Shown here: in pieces, positions 36,044 through 45,146 of the stretch
Layout: the number at the start of each line of letters is the position of its first letter
Position numbering within the stretch: the stretch's first letter is position 1
Source of the DNA: an uncultured archaeon
Lineage (GTDB): Archaea > Hadarchaeota > Hadarchaeia > Hadarchaeales > WYZ-LMO6
Direction of reading: 5' to 3'
Assembly (NCBI GenBank): GCA_938074535.1
Contig: CALJER010000003.1
Span: 28,626 to 92,625 of the forward strand
DNA: 64,000 bases
Translations under genes and position numbers: made by a program
Notes under the pieces: model-generated
Seen by the model: only the letters and a program-made list of their open reading frames with translations
Database searches by the model: none
Told to the model about the DNA's origin: nothing

Positions 36044-36445
36044 ATGATGTTCAAGCGTCTCCTCCTCTGCCTGACGGAGGCCACCCCCCGTGAGGTGGTG
36101 GAGGTGGCCCTGAGGCTCAGCTCCCGGGAGACGGAGGTTCACCTCCTCCACGTGGTGCGCCTCCTCACCGAGCTCGGGAAGAAGCAGGCGGAGGAGGGCT
36201 TTTCCTGGGCGAGGGAGCTCTTCCGGAAGGAGGGGAGGAAGACCGAGTTCCACGTGGTGGAGGCCACGGAGGTGGGGAAGGCCATCGTTTCCTTCGCCAG
36301 GGAGAAGAACTGCGACGGAATCGTGCTGGGCACCATCCCCAGGAAGGGGGTGCTGGGCTACCTCACGGAGAGCGTCTCCGATTACGTGGTGAAGAACTCC
36401 CCCTGCGTAGCCGTGCTCGTCAGGAAGCCTGGCCAGCCGGTTTAG
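36044..36445 (+). CDS. Universal stress protein
   Basis: LLHVV, DGIVLG, and ESVSDYVVKNSPC.VLV. Confidence 0.88.
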   Translation: MMFKRLLLCLTEATPREVVEVALRLSSRETEVHLLHVVRLLTELGKKQAEEGFSWARELFRKEGRKTEFHVVEATEVGKAIVSFAREKNCDGIVLGTIPRKGVLGYLTESVSDYVVKNSPCVAVLVRKPGQPV

Positions 36446-36482
36446 GTTCGGTGGTAGGCTGAGCGCTCCCCCCCTCCTCCCC

Positions 36483-37793
36483 GTGCTCATCTTTGCCTCC
36501 ACCGTCTTCCTCGTCCTCAAGCACCCCCTCCTCCGGATCCCCTTCACCTCCAGGTACTTCCGCCTGGACTACGGCTGGGCACCCCTCCTGGGGGCCCTCC
36601 TGCTCCTCCTCACCCCCTATGCCGGTCTGGACACGGCCGTGAGGGGAGTGGTGGGGGGGAAGGGCCTGCACCCCTACTCCGTCCTCTTCCTGATCCTCTC
36701 CCTTTCCTACCTCTGCGTCTCCCTGGACTACCGCGGCCTCTTCGAGTACCTCTCCCTCCGCATCGTCCGCCTCTCCGGGGGCTCCGGCAAGAAGCTCTTC
36801 CTCATGCTCTTCCTCCTCACCTCCCTCCTCACCCTCTTCACCGACAACGACATCGTGATCCTCACCATGACCCTCCTCATCCTCTACCTGGCGAGGAGAG
36901 GCGGAGCGGACCCCCTCCCCTTCCTCCTCTGCCAGTTCTTCACCGTGAACATGCTGGGGATGGCCCTCTACATCGGGAATCCCACCAACATCATCGTCGC
37001 CGACTCCGCGGGGCTCTCCTTCGTGGAGTTCGCCAGGTGGATGTTCCTCCCCTCCCTGGCTGGAGCCTTCGCGGGCTTCGGGCTCCTCTACGCGCTCTTC
37101 CGGGGCAGGATCCCCACGAAGGTGGAGCCGCCCGAGGTGGAGCCCCGTTCCGTCCTCAAGAGGGGGAAGGGGCTGTGGGTGGGTCTGGCAGCCCTGGTGG
37201 GCGCCATCGCCTTCATGTCCCTCCCCGCGGGCTTGAGGAGGATCCCCATGTGGTCGGGGGTGGCCCTTCTGGCCCTCCTCGTCCTGGCCTCCGATCTCCT
37301 CTCCTACGGCAGGAGGGCCCCGCCCCTCTCCAGGGTACCCTGGAAGCTGGCCCCCTTCCTAGTGGGCCTCTTCGTCCAGATGGAGGTCCTCTCCTCCAGC
37401 GGGTGGACGGACCTCCTCGCCCCGCATCTTTCCTCCCTGGGCGGCCTCCTTCCCACCCTCTTCCTCCTCACCCTCCTCTCCTCCCTGCTCGCGGGGGCAA
37501 TGAACAACCATCCCATGACCCTCTTCCTGGTCAGGACCCTCCGTAGCCCGGAGTTCTCCGGGGGGAGCGACCTGAGGCTGGCCTCCAGCCTGGGCCTGAT
37601 CGCCGGGAGCAACCTGGGCGCCAACCTCTTCCTCACGGGGGCGCTGGCGGGGCTCATGTGGGCCAAGCTTCTCTCCGACAAGGGATATCCCGTGACCTTT
37701 TCCCAGTTCAGCAGGTACGGGTTTGCCGTGACCCTTCCGGTGATGGGGCTGGTCTCCCTCCTGCTCTGGGTGGAGCTCTCCCTCTGGGGTTAG
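36483..37793 (+). CDS. ArsB/NhaD (IT superfamily) anion permease (possible CTG start at 36459)
   Basis: FTDNDIVIL, IGNPTNII, MNNHP, GSNLGAN..GALA, and about 11 TM segments. Confidence 0.85.
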   Translation: MLIFASTVFLVLKHPLLRIPFTSRYFRLDYGWAPLLGALLLLLTPYAGLDTAVRGVVGGKGLHPYSVLFLILSLSYLCVSLDYRGLFEYLSLRIVRLSGGSGKKLFLMLFLLTSLLTLFTDNDIVILTMTLLILYLARRGGADPLPFLLCQFFTVNMLGMALYIGNPTNIIVADSAGLSFVEFARWMFLPSLAGAFAGFGLLYALFRGRIPTKVEPPEVEPRSVLKRGKGLWVGLAALVGAIAFMSLPAGLRRIPMWSGVALLALLVLASDLLSYGRRAPPLSRVPWKLAPFLVGLFVQMEVLSSSGWTDLLAPHLSSLGGLLPTLFLLTLLSSLLAGAMNNHPMTLFLVRTLRSPEFSGGSDLRLASSLGLIAGSNLGANLFLTGALAGLMWAKLLSDKGYPVTFSQFSRYGFAVTLPVMGLVSLLLWVELSLWG

Positions 37794-37938
37794 AGCTTCC
37801 TGCGGAGGGGCTTAGTTCCCCCACCGCCTTTTCCCCACCATCGCCGCTGCGTGGTTCAGGCAGCAGGGGCCTGCCTGGGACCAGGGTGCGGCTTCCCCGG
37901 CCGGCGGTTGGAGAACTCCTGGGAATACGGGACGACCG

Positions 37939-38604
37939 TCACACCACCCTCGCCTCCTCTATCAGGAGGTAGCCCCAGCTCCCCTTCCATATCCTTCTCG
38001 CCCTCACCACCTCCACCCTGCGCCTTGAGAAGGGGGAGGAGAGGACGAAGGTTTCGTACTCCCCACCCTCCCCCGCGGGGTCAAACCCGTACCTCCTGCT
38101 CCTCTCCAGCAGCTCCTCCACGGTTCCCTCGTCCAGCTTCCTGCCCAGCCATTCCTCTCCCAGGCCTTCCGCCGAGACCGAGGTCACCATCACCTCGAAG
38201 CCCTCCTCGAGGAGCTCGTGGAGGAGGGAGGACCGGTCCTCCCCCCAGAGGGGATGGAGGGCCTCCAGCCCCAGCTTCCTGCAGACCTCCTCCACCCTCT
38301 TCCGCTGATAGGTGGAGGCCACCGCACCGCTCACCACCCCCTCCACTTCCAGCCCCCTCAGGGCCCCCTCCAGCTCCTCCTCTTCCTTCTCCCTTTCCCC
38401 GGAGCTCTCCACCCCCAGGAAGGAAAAGCCCGCGCACTCGGCGAAGAGCCCCGCCAGCCTGGCGTTGGGGTGGTGGAAGAGCCAGGAGTCCTCCCTGCGG
38501 GGGAAGAGGGTGACCACCTTCTCCATCCTGTGCCCCTCCTTCACCGCCCTCCACATCGCCAGCGCGGAGTCCTTCCCACCCGAGCAGAGCGCCGCCAGCC
38601 TCAT
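37939..38604 (-). CDS. Diphthine--ammonia ligase (Dph6, PP-loop)
   Basis: SGGKDS, SGAVASTYQ, PLW and GEGGEYET. ATG at 38604. Confidence 0.9.
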   Translation of the reverse strand: MRLAALCSGGKDSALAMWRAVKEGHRMEKVVTLFPRREDSWLFHHPNARLAGLFAECAGFSFLGVESSGEREKEEEELEGALRGLEVEGVVSGAVASTYQRKRVEEVCRKLGLEALHPLWGEDRSSLLHELLEEGFEVMVTSVSAEGLGEEWLGRKLDEGTVEELLERSRRYGFDPAGEGGEYETFVLSSPFSRRRVEVVRARRIWKGSWGYLLIEEARVV

Positions 38605-38637
38605 CACCTCTTTTAATCCCCAGGGGGTAAATCTTCT

Positions 38638-38973
38638 GTGTCCCTCAGGTCTCTGCCGGCCCTTTTCTCCGCTTTCCTGGGTTCCCTCCTCCTGCTGGAG
38701 GCTCTCACGCCCTCCCCCTCTTCCCTCCTCGACCTCTCCCTCCTGTGTCTGGGTTTGGCCCTCATCCTCTCGGGCCTCCTGCTGGCGGACCATCCCCTCC
38801 GCGCTTCCCCCCCCGTCCTGCTGGGATTGGGCGTCTCCCTCCTCCTCCACAGGGGGGAGGAGGAGTTCTCCGGGACGACCAGGACCCTCTTCTCGGTCCT
38901 GGCCTTCCTCCTCTTTCTCCTCGCCGTTCTGCTGTTTCTTTTCTCTCACAGGCTCCTGAGGCCCAGGAAGTAG
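38638..38973 (+). CDS. Small multi-pass membrane protein
   Basis: About 4 Leu-rich hydrophobic segments with host-like codon use. Confidence 0.5.
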   Translation: MSLRSLPALFSAFLGSLLLLEALTPSPSSLLDLSLLCLGLALILSGLLLADHPLRASPPVLLGLGVSLLLHRGEEEFSGTTRTLFSVLAFLLFLLAVLLFLFSHRLLRPRK

Positions 38974-40139
38974 AGCATGCACGGCAGGAGGATCACCCCC
39001 ATGCCGTGCGATCTCCTCACCCCCACCCTGCCGGGGAGGAGGCCGATGGCGGCGGCCGTGAGGAGGAGCGGGAGCCCCCTGGGACCGCACCACAGGAGGG
39101 TCAGGGAGAGGACGAGGAGGAGGGTGGAGAGGCCGAGGGTCCTGTAGGGGATCCTGGAGATGCCGGAGCAGACCGCCTTTGCCAGCCTGGGGACCAGGAG
39201 GGAGGAGAGGGCCCCGGCCAGCAGCGCCACCCCCATCAGGAAGAGGAGCTCCCCCCTCCCCACCTCCAGCAGCTCCCCCACCGCCACCGCCGCGCCGCTT
39301 CTGGGCCTGCCTATGGCCTGGAGGGCCACGAAGGAGAAGAGCACCTTCACCAGGTTCACCCCGCTCACCGAGATCAGGAAGTCCTCCACCCTTCTGGTGC
39401 GGGTGAGGAGCTGGGAGAGCACGGTCCCCTCGGCGGGCCCTATCCCCGGAAGGAACCCCGCGAAGATCCCCGCTCCCACCCCCGAGAGAAGGGGGGGAAG
39501 GGACAGCCGCGGTTCCTCCTCCCCCTCCCTCTGTTCTGGCAGCTTCCCCCTGGAGGCCAGGCTCTCCAGCACCACGCTCATCCCGAAGAGCCCGCTCAGC
39601 AGGGGCATGAGCGCCTTCCCGCCCATGTCCAGCGTGAGCAGGCCAAGCATGCCGGAGAGGAGGAAGATCAGGAGGGACCAGGCCATCCGGGGCGGGCTTC
39701 CCTCCGACAGGATCATCAGGACGACCACCCCCAGGAGGATCCAGCCCAGGAAAGGACGCAGGAGCCCGTACACCCCTCCGAAGACCGCCGCCAGCGGAAG
39801 GGCCAGGAGGGAGCCTAGGAAGAGACCCCAGAGGCAGCCGCTGGTCGTGAGCCTCAGGGCCGTCAGCCCCCTCCCCTCCAGCACCATCCTGTGGGTGGGG
39901 AGGACGGAGAGGGCGGTCCCCTCGTCGGGAACCCCCAGGAAGGTCGAGGGGATGTAGCTGGTGAAGGTCTGGACCACCGCCATGGTCACGATGGCCGCCG
40001 CCCCGCCCAGGGGGGAGAGGCCCAGGGAGACCACCAGCATGGGGACCAGCGGGGTGAGGTTGTTCACGTGCACGCCCGGGATGAGTCCCGCGAAAACGCC
40101 CATCCCCGCCCCCAGCAGGAAGCAGAGGGGGAGCTCCAT
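38946..40139 (-). CDS. TctA/DUF112 family permease (archaeal type)
   Basis: GLIPGVHVN, IPSTFLGVPD..LSVLPTH..GRG, GLFG and GFLPGIG. Confidence 0.88.
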   Translation of the reverse strand: MELPLCFLLGAGMGVFAGLIPGVHVNNLTPLVPMLVVSLGLSPLGGAAAIVTMAVVQTFTSYIPSTFLGVPDEGTALSVLPTHRMVLEGRGLTALRLTTSGCLWGLFLGSLLALPLAAVFGGVYGLLRPFLGWILLGVVVLMILSEGSPPRMAWSLLIFLLSGMLGLLTLDMGGKALMPLLSGLFGMSVVLESLASRGKLPEQREGEEEPRLSLPPLLSGVGAGIFAGFLPGIGPAEGTVLSQLLTRTRRVEDFLISVSGVNLVKVLFSFVALQAIGRPRSGAAVAVGELLEVGRGELLFLMGVALLAGALSSLLVPRLAKAVCSGISRIPYRTLGLSTLLLVLSLTLLWCGPRGLPLLLTAAAIGLLPGRVGVRRSHGMGVILLPCMLYFLGLRSL

Positions 40140-40140
40140 G

Positions 40141-40767
40141 CTAGAGGTAGAGGTGGGAGGCCCTCTTCACCACCAGCTCCAGCTCCCCCCGGTACAGCTG
40201 AAGCCTCCCCGCCACCACCACCCTGGAGCCCGTCTTCACCCGGACCAGAAAGGGTAGGAAGACCTTCAGCTCGGATCCGTTCTCTCCCAGGGTCAGGAGC
40301 AGGCGGTTCTCGCCCACCTTTGTCACCCTCCTCACCTCGCCCTCCACCTTCACCAGCTTCCCCAGCTCTCCCTCCCCTATCCCGCCCACCCGGCGCGGTG
40401 GCTCCCTCCTCACCCTCACATCTTCGGGCCTCTTCGGGACCACCTCCAGCTCCCCCCTCCACTCCTGGACCTTCCCCCTCACCTCCACCCGGTCCAGCAG
40501 TTCTATCCTGGTCCCCATCCCTTTCCTCACGCCCGAGAAGAGGGGAACGGAGACGGTGGTGTTTTCCCCACCCACCTTCAGGAAGAGGTGTCCGTCGGGG
40601 TGCTCGGTCAGGTCCATCACCCTGCCGGAGAGGAGGACCTGCGCTCCCACCATCTTCTCGGTCAGGTTGCGGGCCTCCATTCTCTCGGGCTCGGAGAGCC
40701 GCAGCCCCACGCAGGTCATCACCAGCCCCAGGACCGCGCAGGCCAGGATCAGCGTTCTGGTGCTCAT
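40141..40767 (-). CDS. Membrane-anchored tandem OB-fold protein
   Basis: N-terminal TM followed by two OB repeats ending GKVQEWRGELEVV and GRLQLYRGELELV. Confidence 0.82.
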   Translation of the reverse strand: MSTRTLILACAVLGLVMTCVGLRLSEPERMEARNLTEKMVGAQVLLSGRVMDLTEHPDGHLFLKVGGENTTVSVPLFSGVRKGMGTRIELLDRVEVRGKVQEWRGELEVVPKRPEDVRVRREPPRRVGGIGEGELGKLVKVEGEVRRVTKVGENRLLLTLGENGSELKVFLPFLVRVKTGSRVVVAGRLQLYRGELELVVKRASHLYL

Positions 40768-40817
40768 CGCCTGGGATGGGTGGAAGGTTTTTTATAAAGG
40801 AGGAAAAAAGGAGGACT

Positions 40818-42140
40818 ATGGGAAGGGCAAGCATCTCCGCGGCTTTCCTCTCTTCCTTTCTCCTCCTCTCCCTCCTCCCCCCCTCCTCCGGCTCCTCCTC
40901 CGTCTACAGCTTCCAGGCCACCTACCGGATAACCAACACGAGTCCTTCCTCCGTGGATGGCTGGCTGGAGGTCTTCGCCTTCGACCACGAGAACTTCGGC
41001 TGGGGGTTCCAGAGGGTGCTGGAGGAGAATTTCTCACCGCCCCCCCAGGAGTCGAAGGGGGAGGACAACAGGGTTCTCAGGTTCTCCCTGGGCAAGCTTT
41101 CCCCCGGTGCTTCGGGGGAGGTCCGCCTCACGCAGGTCCTCAGGGTGAGCGGGAGGAAGTGGGAGAACCTGGGGGGAGAGGGGGGAATCCCGCAGGAGCT
41201 CCTGCGCCTCACCGAGCCCGTGCCCAACCTCTGGGAGAACGCCCCGGAGCTTCGGGAGAAGGCGGAGGAGCTGAGGGGTGAGACCCCCTACCTCACCGCC
41301 AGGAACATCTTTGAGTTCGTGAAGGATCACCTGACGTATTTCGCCCAGGCTTCGGACCAGAGCGCCCTGGAGGTCTACCGCAGCAGGGTGGGCAAGTGCA
41401 CGGAGTTCACCAACCTCTTCATCGCCCTGGTCAGGCTCTCCGGTCTGCCCGCCAAGTTCCTGGCGGGTTACGGCTACGCTCCGAAGTTCGGGGACAACGC
41501 GGAGAGGATGGGCCACGCCTTTGCCGCCCTCTACCTCCCCGGAGCGGGATGGGTGCCGGCGGACGGGACCTGGCAGGGGGGACAGTTCGGGGAGCTGAGC
41601 GAGGACCACCTCATCCTCTTCTCCAGCGACGGCTCCAACCTGGTGAGGGAGGGGAGGGTGAGCATCCCTGGAGAGAGGTGGAGCGGGGGGACGAAGCTGG
41701 AGAAGACCCTCCTCCTCTACAGGGAGGCGGCGCTGGAGGCGGCGGTGGGGAAGGGAGGGCAGGAGAACGGGAAGGTGGGTGTGGTGGTCAGCGTGTGGAA
41801 CCGGGGCAGGAGCAGCCTGCGGAGCCTCACCGTGCGCCTGAGGGTGGACGAGAACTTCTTCCGCCCGGTTCCCCCGCAGGAGGTGGGGGAGCTGGCCGCG
41901 GGGGGAAGCACGGAGGTGGTGTTTTACCTCGAGCCCCTGAAGGAGGCGGAGAACTCCCTCGTGAGGGCGGAGGTGGAGGCCTGGAGCCCCTACGGGGAGG
42001 TCTCCTCGGAGGGCGCCCTCCTCCTCAGCGTGGTCATCCGGTCCGAGGAACCCTTCCCGCTTCTCCTTCCGCCCCTGCAGCTCCTCCTGCCGGTGGTGGG
42101 AGTTTTGATCCTGGTCCTGGTCCTGAAGCTCCGACGCTGA
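40818..42140 (+). CDS. Secreted, membrane-anchored transglutaminase-like protein with Ig/CARDB domain
   Basis: Signal peptide, GKCTEF..R..GLPA, HAFA..GWVPADGT (Cys-His-Asp triad), VWNRG..GELAAG, and a C-terminal TM with KLRR. Confidence 0.88.
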   Translation: MGRASISAAFLSSFLLLSLLPPSSGSSSVYSFQATYRITNTSPSSVDGWLEVFAFDHENFGWGFQRVLEENFSPPPQESKGEDNRVLRFSLGKLSPGASGEVRLTQVLRVSGRKWENLGGEGGIPQELLRLTEPVPNLWENAPELREKAEELRGETPYLTARNIFEFVKDHLTYFAQASDQSALEVYRSRVGKCTEFTNLFIALVRLSGLPAKFLAGYGYAPKFGDNAERMGHAFAALYLPGAGWVPADGTWQGGQFGELSEDHLILFSSDGSNLVREGRVSIPGERWSGGTKLEKTLLLYREAALEAAVGKGGQENGKVGVVVSVWNRGRSSLRSLTVRLRVDENFFRPVPPQEVGELAAGGSTEVVFYLEPLKEAENSLVRAEVEAWSPYGEVSSEGALLLSVVIRSEEPFPLLLPPLQLLLPVVGVLILVLVLKLRR

Positions 42141-42179
42141 GTTCTCCCCTTTTAAGTTCCTCTCCTCCCACACCGTCCG

Positions 42180-42344
42180 ATGAGGCTCTTCCTTCTCCCG
42201 GTCGTGCTGGCCGGGTCCTGGTACCTCCTCCTGTGGTGGAGGGTGAGGTCGGCCAAAAGAAGGGGTACCCTGCTGCGGGCCCTCAGGAGGGCGGAGGAGG
42301 ATCTGCGCGAGGCACTGGAGGGATGGGGTGGGGCAGGGGAGTGA
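42180..42344 (+). CDS. Small single-TM protein (54 aa, not in the ORF track)
   Basis: MRLFLLPVVLAGSWYLLLWWRVRSAKRR...; TTTAAG box about 25 nt upstream. Confidence 0.55.
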   Translation: MRLFLLPVVLAGSWYLLLWWRVRSAKRRGTLLRALRRAEEDLREALEGWGGAGE

Positions 42345-42888
42345 GGAGGAGCTCCTCAGGGAGCTGGGGGCGCTGGTGGGGGAGAAGAGGTGTTCTGCCG
42401 GGTTCCTGGAAGGGGTGGGCCGGCTGCTGCTGGAGCTGAGGCTCCGGCCCTCCCTCTCTTCGGATCGGGAGATGGACTCCCTCCTCCTCAGGGTGGAGGG
42501 GCTCTGCTCCAGGCTCAGGGATTCCCGCTCCGGCTGCAGGTCGGGCACTCCCCTGCGGGGGGAGTGGAGGAGGATGGCGGATTACGAGTTCCGAAGGTTG
42601 AAGGAGGAGCTCTCGGCCCTCAGGGAGCTGCTCCAGGAAAGGGTGGGGAGGCACCCCCCTCTCGGCCTGAAGGGGCTGGCGGACGAGATGAGGGAGGAGG
42701 GCGCGATAAGGGAGAGCACCTGGGCCCTCCTCCTTTCCTCCCCCTGGGGTCGGGAGGAGATGGAGAGGAGGGAGGTGAGGGAGGCCCTGCTCCGCGTCCT
42801 CCGCCTCTTCTCCGAGTTCAGGGGGCTGAAGGAGGGAAGGGATGTTCGGAAGGAAGAGGGAGCTTTCGGTCCTGGTGGAGCACGGTAG
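42328..42888 (+). CDS. Hypothetical helical protein
   Basis: Host-like codon use; overlaps its neighbours in an operon. Confidence 0.6.
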   Translation: MGQGSEEELLRELGALVGEKRCSAGFLEGVGRLLLELRLRPSLSSDREMDSLLLRVEGLCSRLRDSRSGCRSGTPLRGEWRRMADYEFRRLKEELSALRELLQERVGRHPPLGLKGLADEMREEGAIRESTWALLLSSPWGREEMERREVREALLRVLRLFSEFRGLKEGRDVRKEEGAFGPGGAR

Positions 42889-43012
42889 GTGGCTTTCCCA
42901 CCTCCTGAACGACTTCAGGGTGCTGGAGCAGCGCCTGGATCACCTGGAGAAAAGGATCGAGCTGCTGGAGGATCAGCTCCGCCTCTCCTCGCGGGGGGAG
43001 AGGGGTGGATGA
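42842..43012 (+). CDS. Small coiled-coil protein (56 aa, not in the ORF track)
   Basis: MFGRKRELSVLVEHGRWLSHLLNDFRVLEQRLDHLEKRIELLEDQL... heptad pattern; fills the gap before the ATPase. Confidence 0.55.
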   Translation: MFGRKRELSVLVEHGRWLSHLLNDFRVLEQRLDHLEKRIELLEDQLRLSSRGERGG

Positions 43013-45146
43013 GAAAAGGTGCACCTTCGGAATCCTGAGGTTCGGGAGGAGAAGGGTCCTCCGCTTCGGGTGCGAGAGCTGCGGGGAGGGAGGGGACCCG
43101 GGGCTCTCCGGGAGGTGCATGGAGGGCCTCCTGAGGGGGCTGATGGAGTACGCCGAGGTGGAGGAGGTGCAGTTCCCGGGAGCCTACGAGAGGGAGTACG
43201 CGGGGAGGGAGCTGGAGGGGATGAGGAAGCTGGCCCTCCTCCTTTCGGACTGGGAGCTGAGGTCCCTGATGAAGGTCTGCAGGGGATGCGGGAGGTGTGA
43301 GGGTGAGAGGAGGGGCCTTCTGGCTTTCCTCTCCCTCAGACTTTCCCGCTCACCCCTGGAGGCGTGGGAGGAGCTGGGGGGCCGCCTGAGGGAGCTGGAG
43401 GCGGCCTCCAGGAGGGGGAGCACCAGGTGCAGGGAGTGCCGCTCTTCCTTCCTCTCGGAGTTCCTTCGCCCCATGCGCGACTCCCTGGCGGGGGTGCGCG
43501 GGGAGGTCCTCCAGGGCGGCAGGCTCCCCGGGCCCAGGCTCCGCCCCTCCTTCATGTTCTCCAGGTTGAGGATGGATCCTCCCCCTGGGTCGGAGCTGGT
43601 GGAGGGATACGGGCTAGAGGGGGGTGAGGTGAGGATTTACCGCTGCCCGCGCACCTCTCAGTTCCTCTACTTCCTCCTCCCCAGGGAGTGCTTCCTCCCG
43701 CCGGCTGTGGTGCGCCTGATGTACGAGGTGAGGGAGGCCCTCTGCAGGGAACCCCTCCCCCTGGAAGGGGGCTTCGAGTTCCTGAGGGGGAGGATCCGGA
43801 GGCTGGCGGCCAGGAGGATGGCGGAGGAGGCGGGGAGGAGGGGCTGGGAGATGGGGAAGGAAGAGATAGACCGCCTGGCCGAATCCCTGTCCAGGTTCAC
43901 CGCGGGCTTAGGGGTGCTGGAGCTCCTCCTCTCCGATGAGAGGGTGCAGGACGTCTATCTGGATGCACCGCCTGGGGAGACGCCCCTCCACCTCTATCAC
44001 CAGGACTTCGAAGAGTGCCTCACCAACGTGTATCCTTCGGAGGAGGAAGCGGAGGTGCTGGTCTCCAGGCTCAGGGCCCTGAGCGGCAGGCCCTTCTCCG
44101 AAGCCGACCCCGTGCTGGAGGCCGAGCTGGGAGGGGTGAGGGTCACGGCCATAGGTCCCCCCCTCAGCCCCGAGGGGAAGGCCTTCTCCTTCAGGAGGCA
44201 CCGCTCCTCACCCTGGACCCTACCCCAGTTCGTGAGGGCCGGATTCCTCGATGCATCCACCGCCTCCCTCCTGAGCCTGCTGGCGGACGCCCAGGCCTCC
44301 CTCCTCCTGACGGGCACGCGCGGCTCGGGGAAGACCTCCCTCCTCACCAGCCTCCTCTTCGAGCTCCCTCCCAAGTTCAGGATCCTCCTGCTGGAGGACA
44401 CGGCCGAGCTCCCCTCGGGTTCCCTCCGCTCCCTGGGCTTCAAGGTCCAGACCCTCCGCACCCGCTCCCCGCTGGGGAGAGCGGAGGTGGAGCCTTCGGC
44501 GGAGGAGGCCCTGAGGGCGGCCCTGAGGCTCGGAGAGTCCGTGCTGGTGGTGGGCGAGGTGAGGGGTCCGGAGGCCAGGACCCTCTTCGAGGCGATGAGG
44601 GTGGGAGCAGCCGGGAACTGCGTGATGGGGACCATCCACGGGGCCAGTGCGGAGGAGGTCTTCAAGAGGGTGGTGCACGACCTTGGGGTGCAGCCCTCCT
44701 CCTTCGCCGCGGTGGATGCGGTGGTGGCTTCAGCGCCCATCAGGCCCCTGGGAGGGCTGAGGAGAAGGAGGAGGGTGGTGCAGGTGGCGGAGGTGGTGAA
44801 GGGGAGGGAGGGGGAGTTCAGGGAGCTGGTGAGGTACGAGGTGGAGGGCGACAGGTTCGTGCTGGGGGAGGTGAAAAGCTCCGGGCTCCTGCGCTCCCTG
44901 GCCAAGAGGTGGGGGATGGGGTTCCGCGCCCTCCTCTCCCACTGGAGGCTGAGGGAAAGCCTCCTCTCCAAGCTGGTGAGGACGAGCTTGAGGGAGGGGA
45001 GGGCCGACCTCCTGGAGGCCGAGTTCGTCTTCAGGTCCAATCAGCGCTTCCGCCTCCTCTGGGAGGAGGAGGTGAGGGAAGGCGACCCCAGACCCGAGAG
45101 GGTGGGGGAGAGGTGGGAGAGATGGCTGAGGGAGAGCCTGAGGTGA
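43005..45146 (+). CDS. Type II/IV secretion (VirB11/CpaF-like) ATPase with Cys-rich N-terminus
   Basis: GTRGSGKT, LEDTAEL, ALRLGESVLVVGEVRGPEA and GTIHG. Confidence 0.9.
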   Translation: MDEKRCTFGILRFGRRRVLRFGCESCGEGGDPGLSGRCMEGLLRGLMEYAEVEEVQFPGAYEREYAGRELEGMRKLALLLSDWELRSLMKVCRGCGRCEGERRGLLAFLSLRLSRSPLEAWEELGGRLRELEAASRRGSTRCRECRSSFLSEFLRPMRDSLAGVRGEVLQGGRLPGPRLRPSFMFSRLRMDPPPGSELVEGYGLEGGEVRIYRCPRTSQFLYFLLPRECFLPPAVVRLMYEVREALCREPLPLEGGFEFLRGRIRRLAARRMAEEAGRRGWEMGKEEIDRLAESLSRFTAGLGVLELLLSDERVQDVYLDAPPGETPLHLYHQDFEECLTNVYPSEEEAEVLVSRLRALSGRPFSEADPVLEAELGGVRVTAIGPPLSPEGKAFSFRRHRSSPWTLPQFVRAGFLDASTASLLSLLADAQASLLLTGTRGSGKTSLLTSLLFELPPKFRILLLEDTAELPSGSLRSLGFKVQTLRTRSPLGRAEVEPSAEEALRAALRLGESVLVVGEVRGPEARTLFEAMRVGAAGNCVMGTIHGASAEEVFKRVVHDLGVQPSSFAAVDAVVASAPIRPLGGLRRRRRVVQVAEVVKGREGEFRELVRYEVEGDRFVLGEVKSSGLLRSLAKRWGMGFRALLSHWRLRESLLSKLVRTSLREGRADLLEAEFVFRSNQRFRLLWEEEVREGDPRPERVGERWERWLRESLR

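Noticed and set aside
37795-37938. GC-rich gap between convergent arsB-like and dph6 genes as a possible ncRNA
   Set aside because: No convincing long-range stems, box motifs or promoter.
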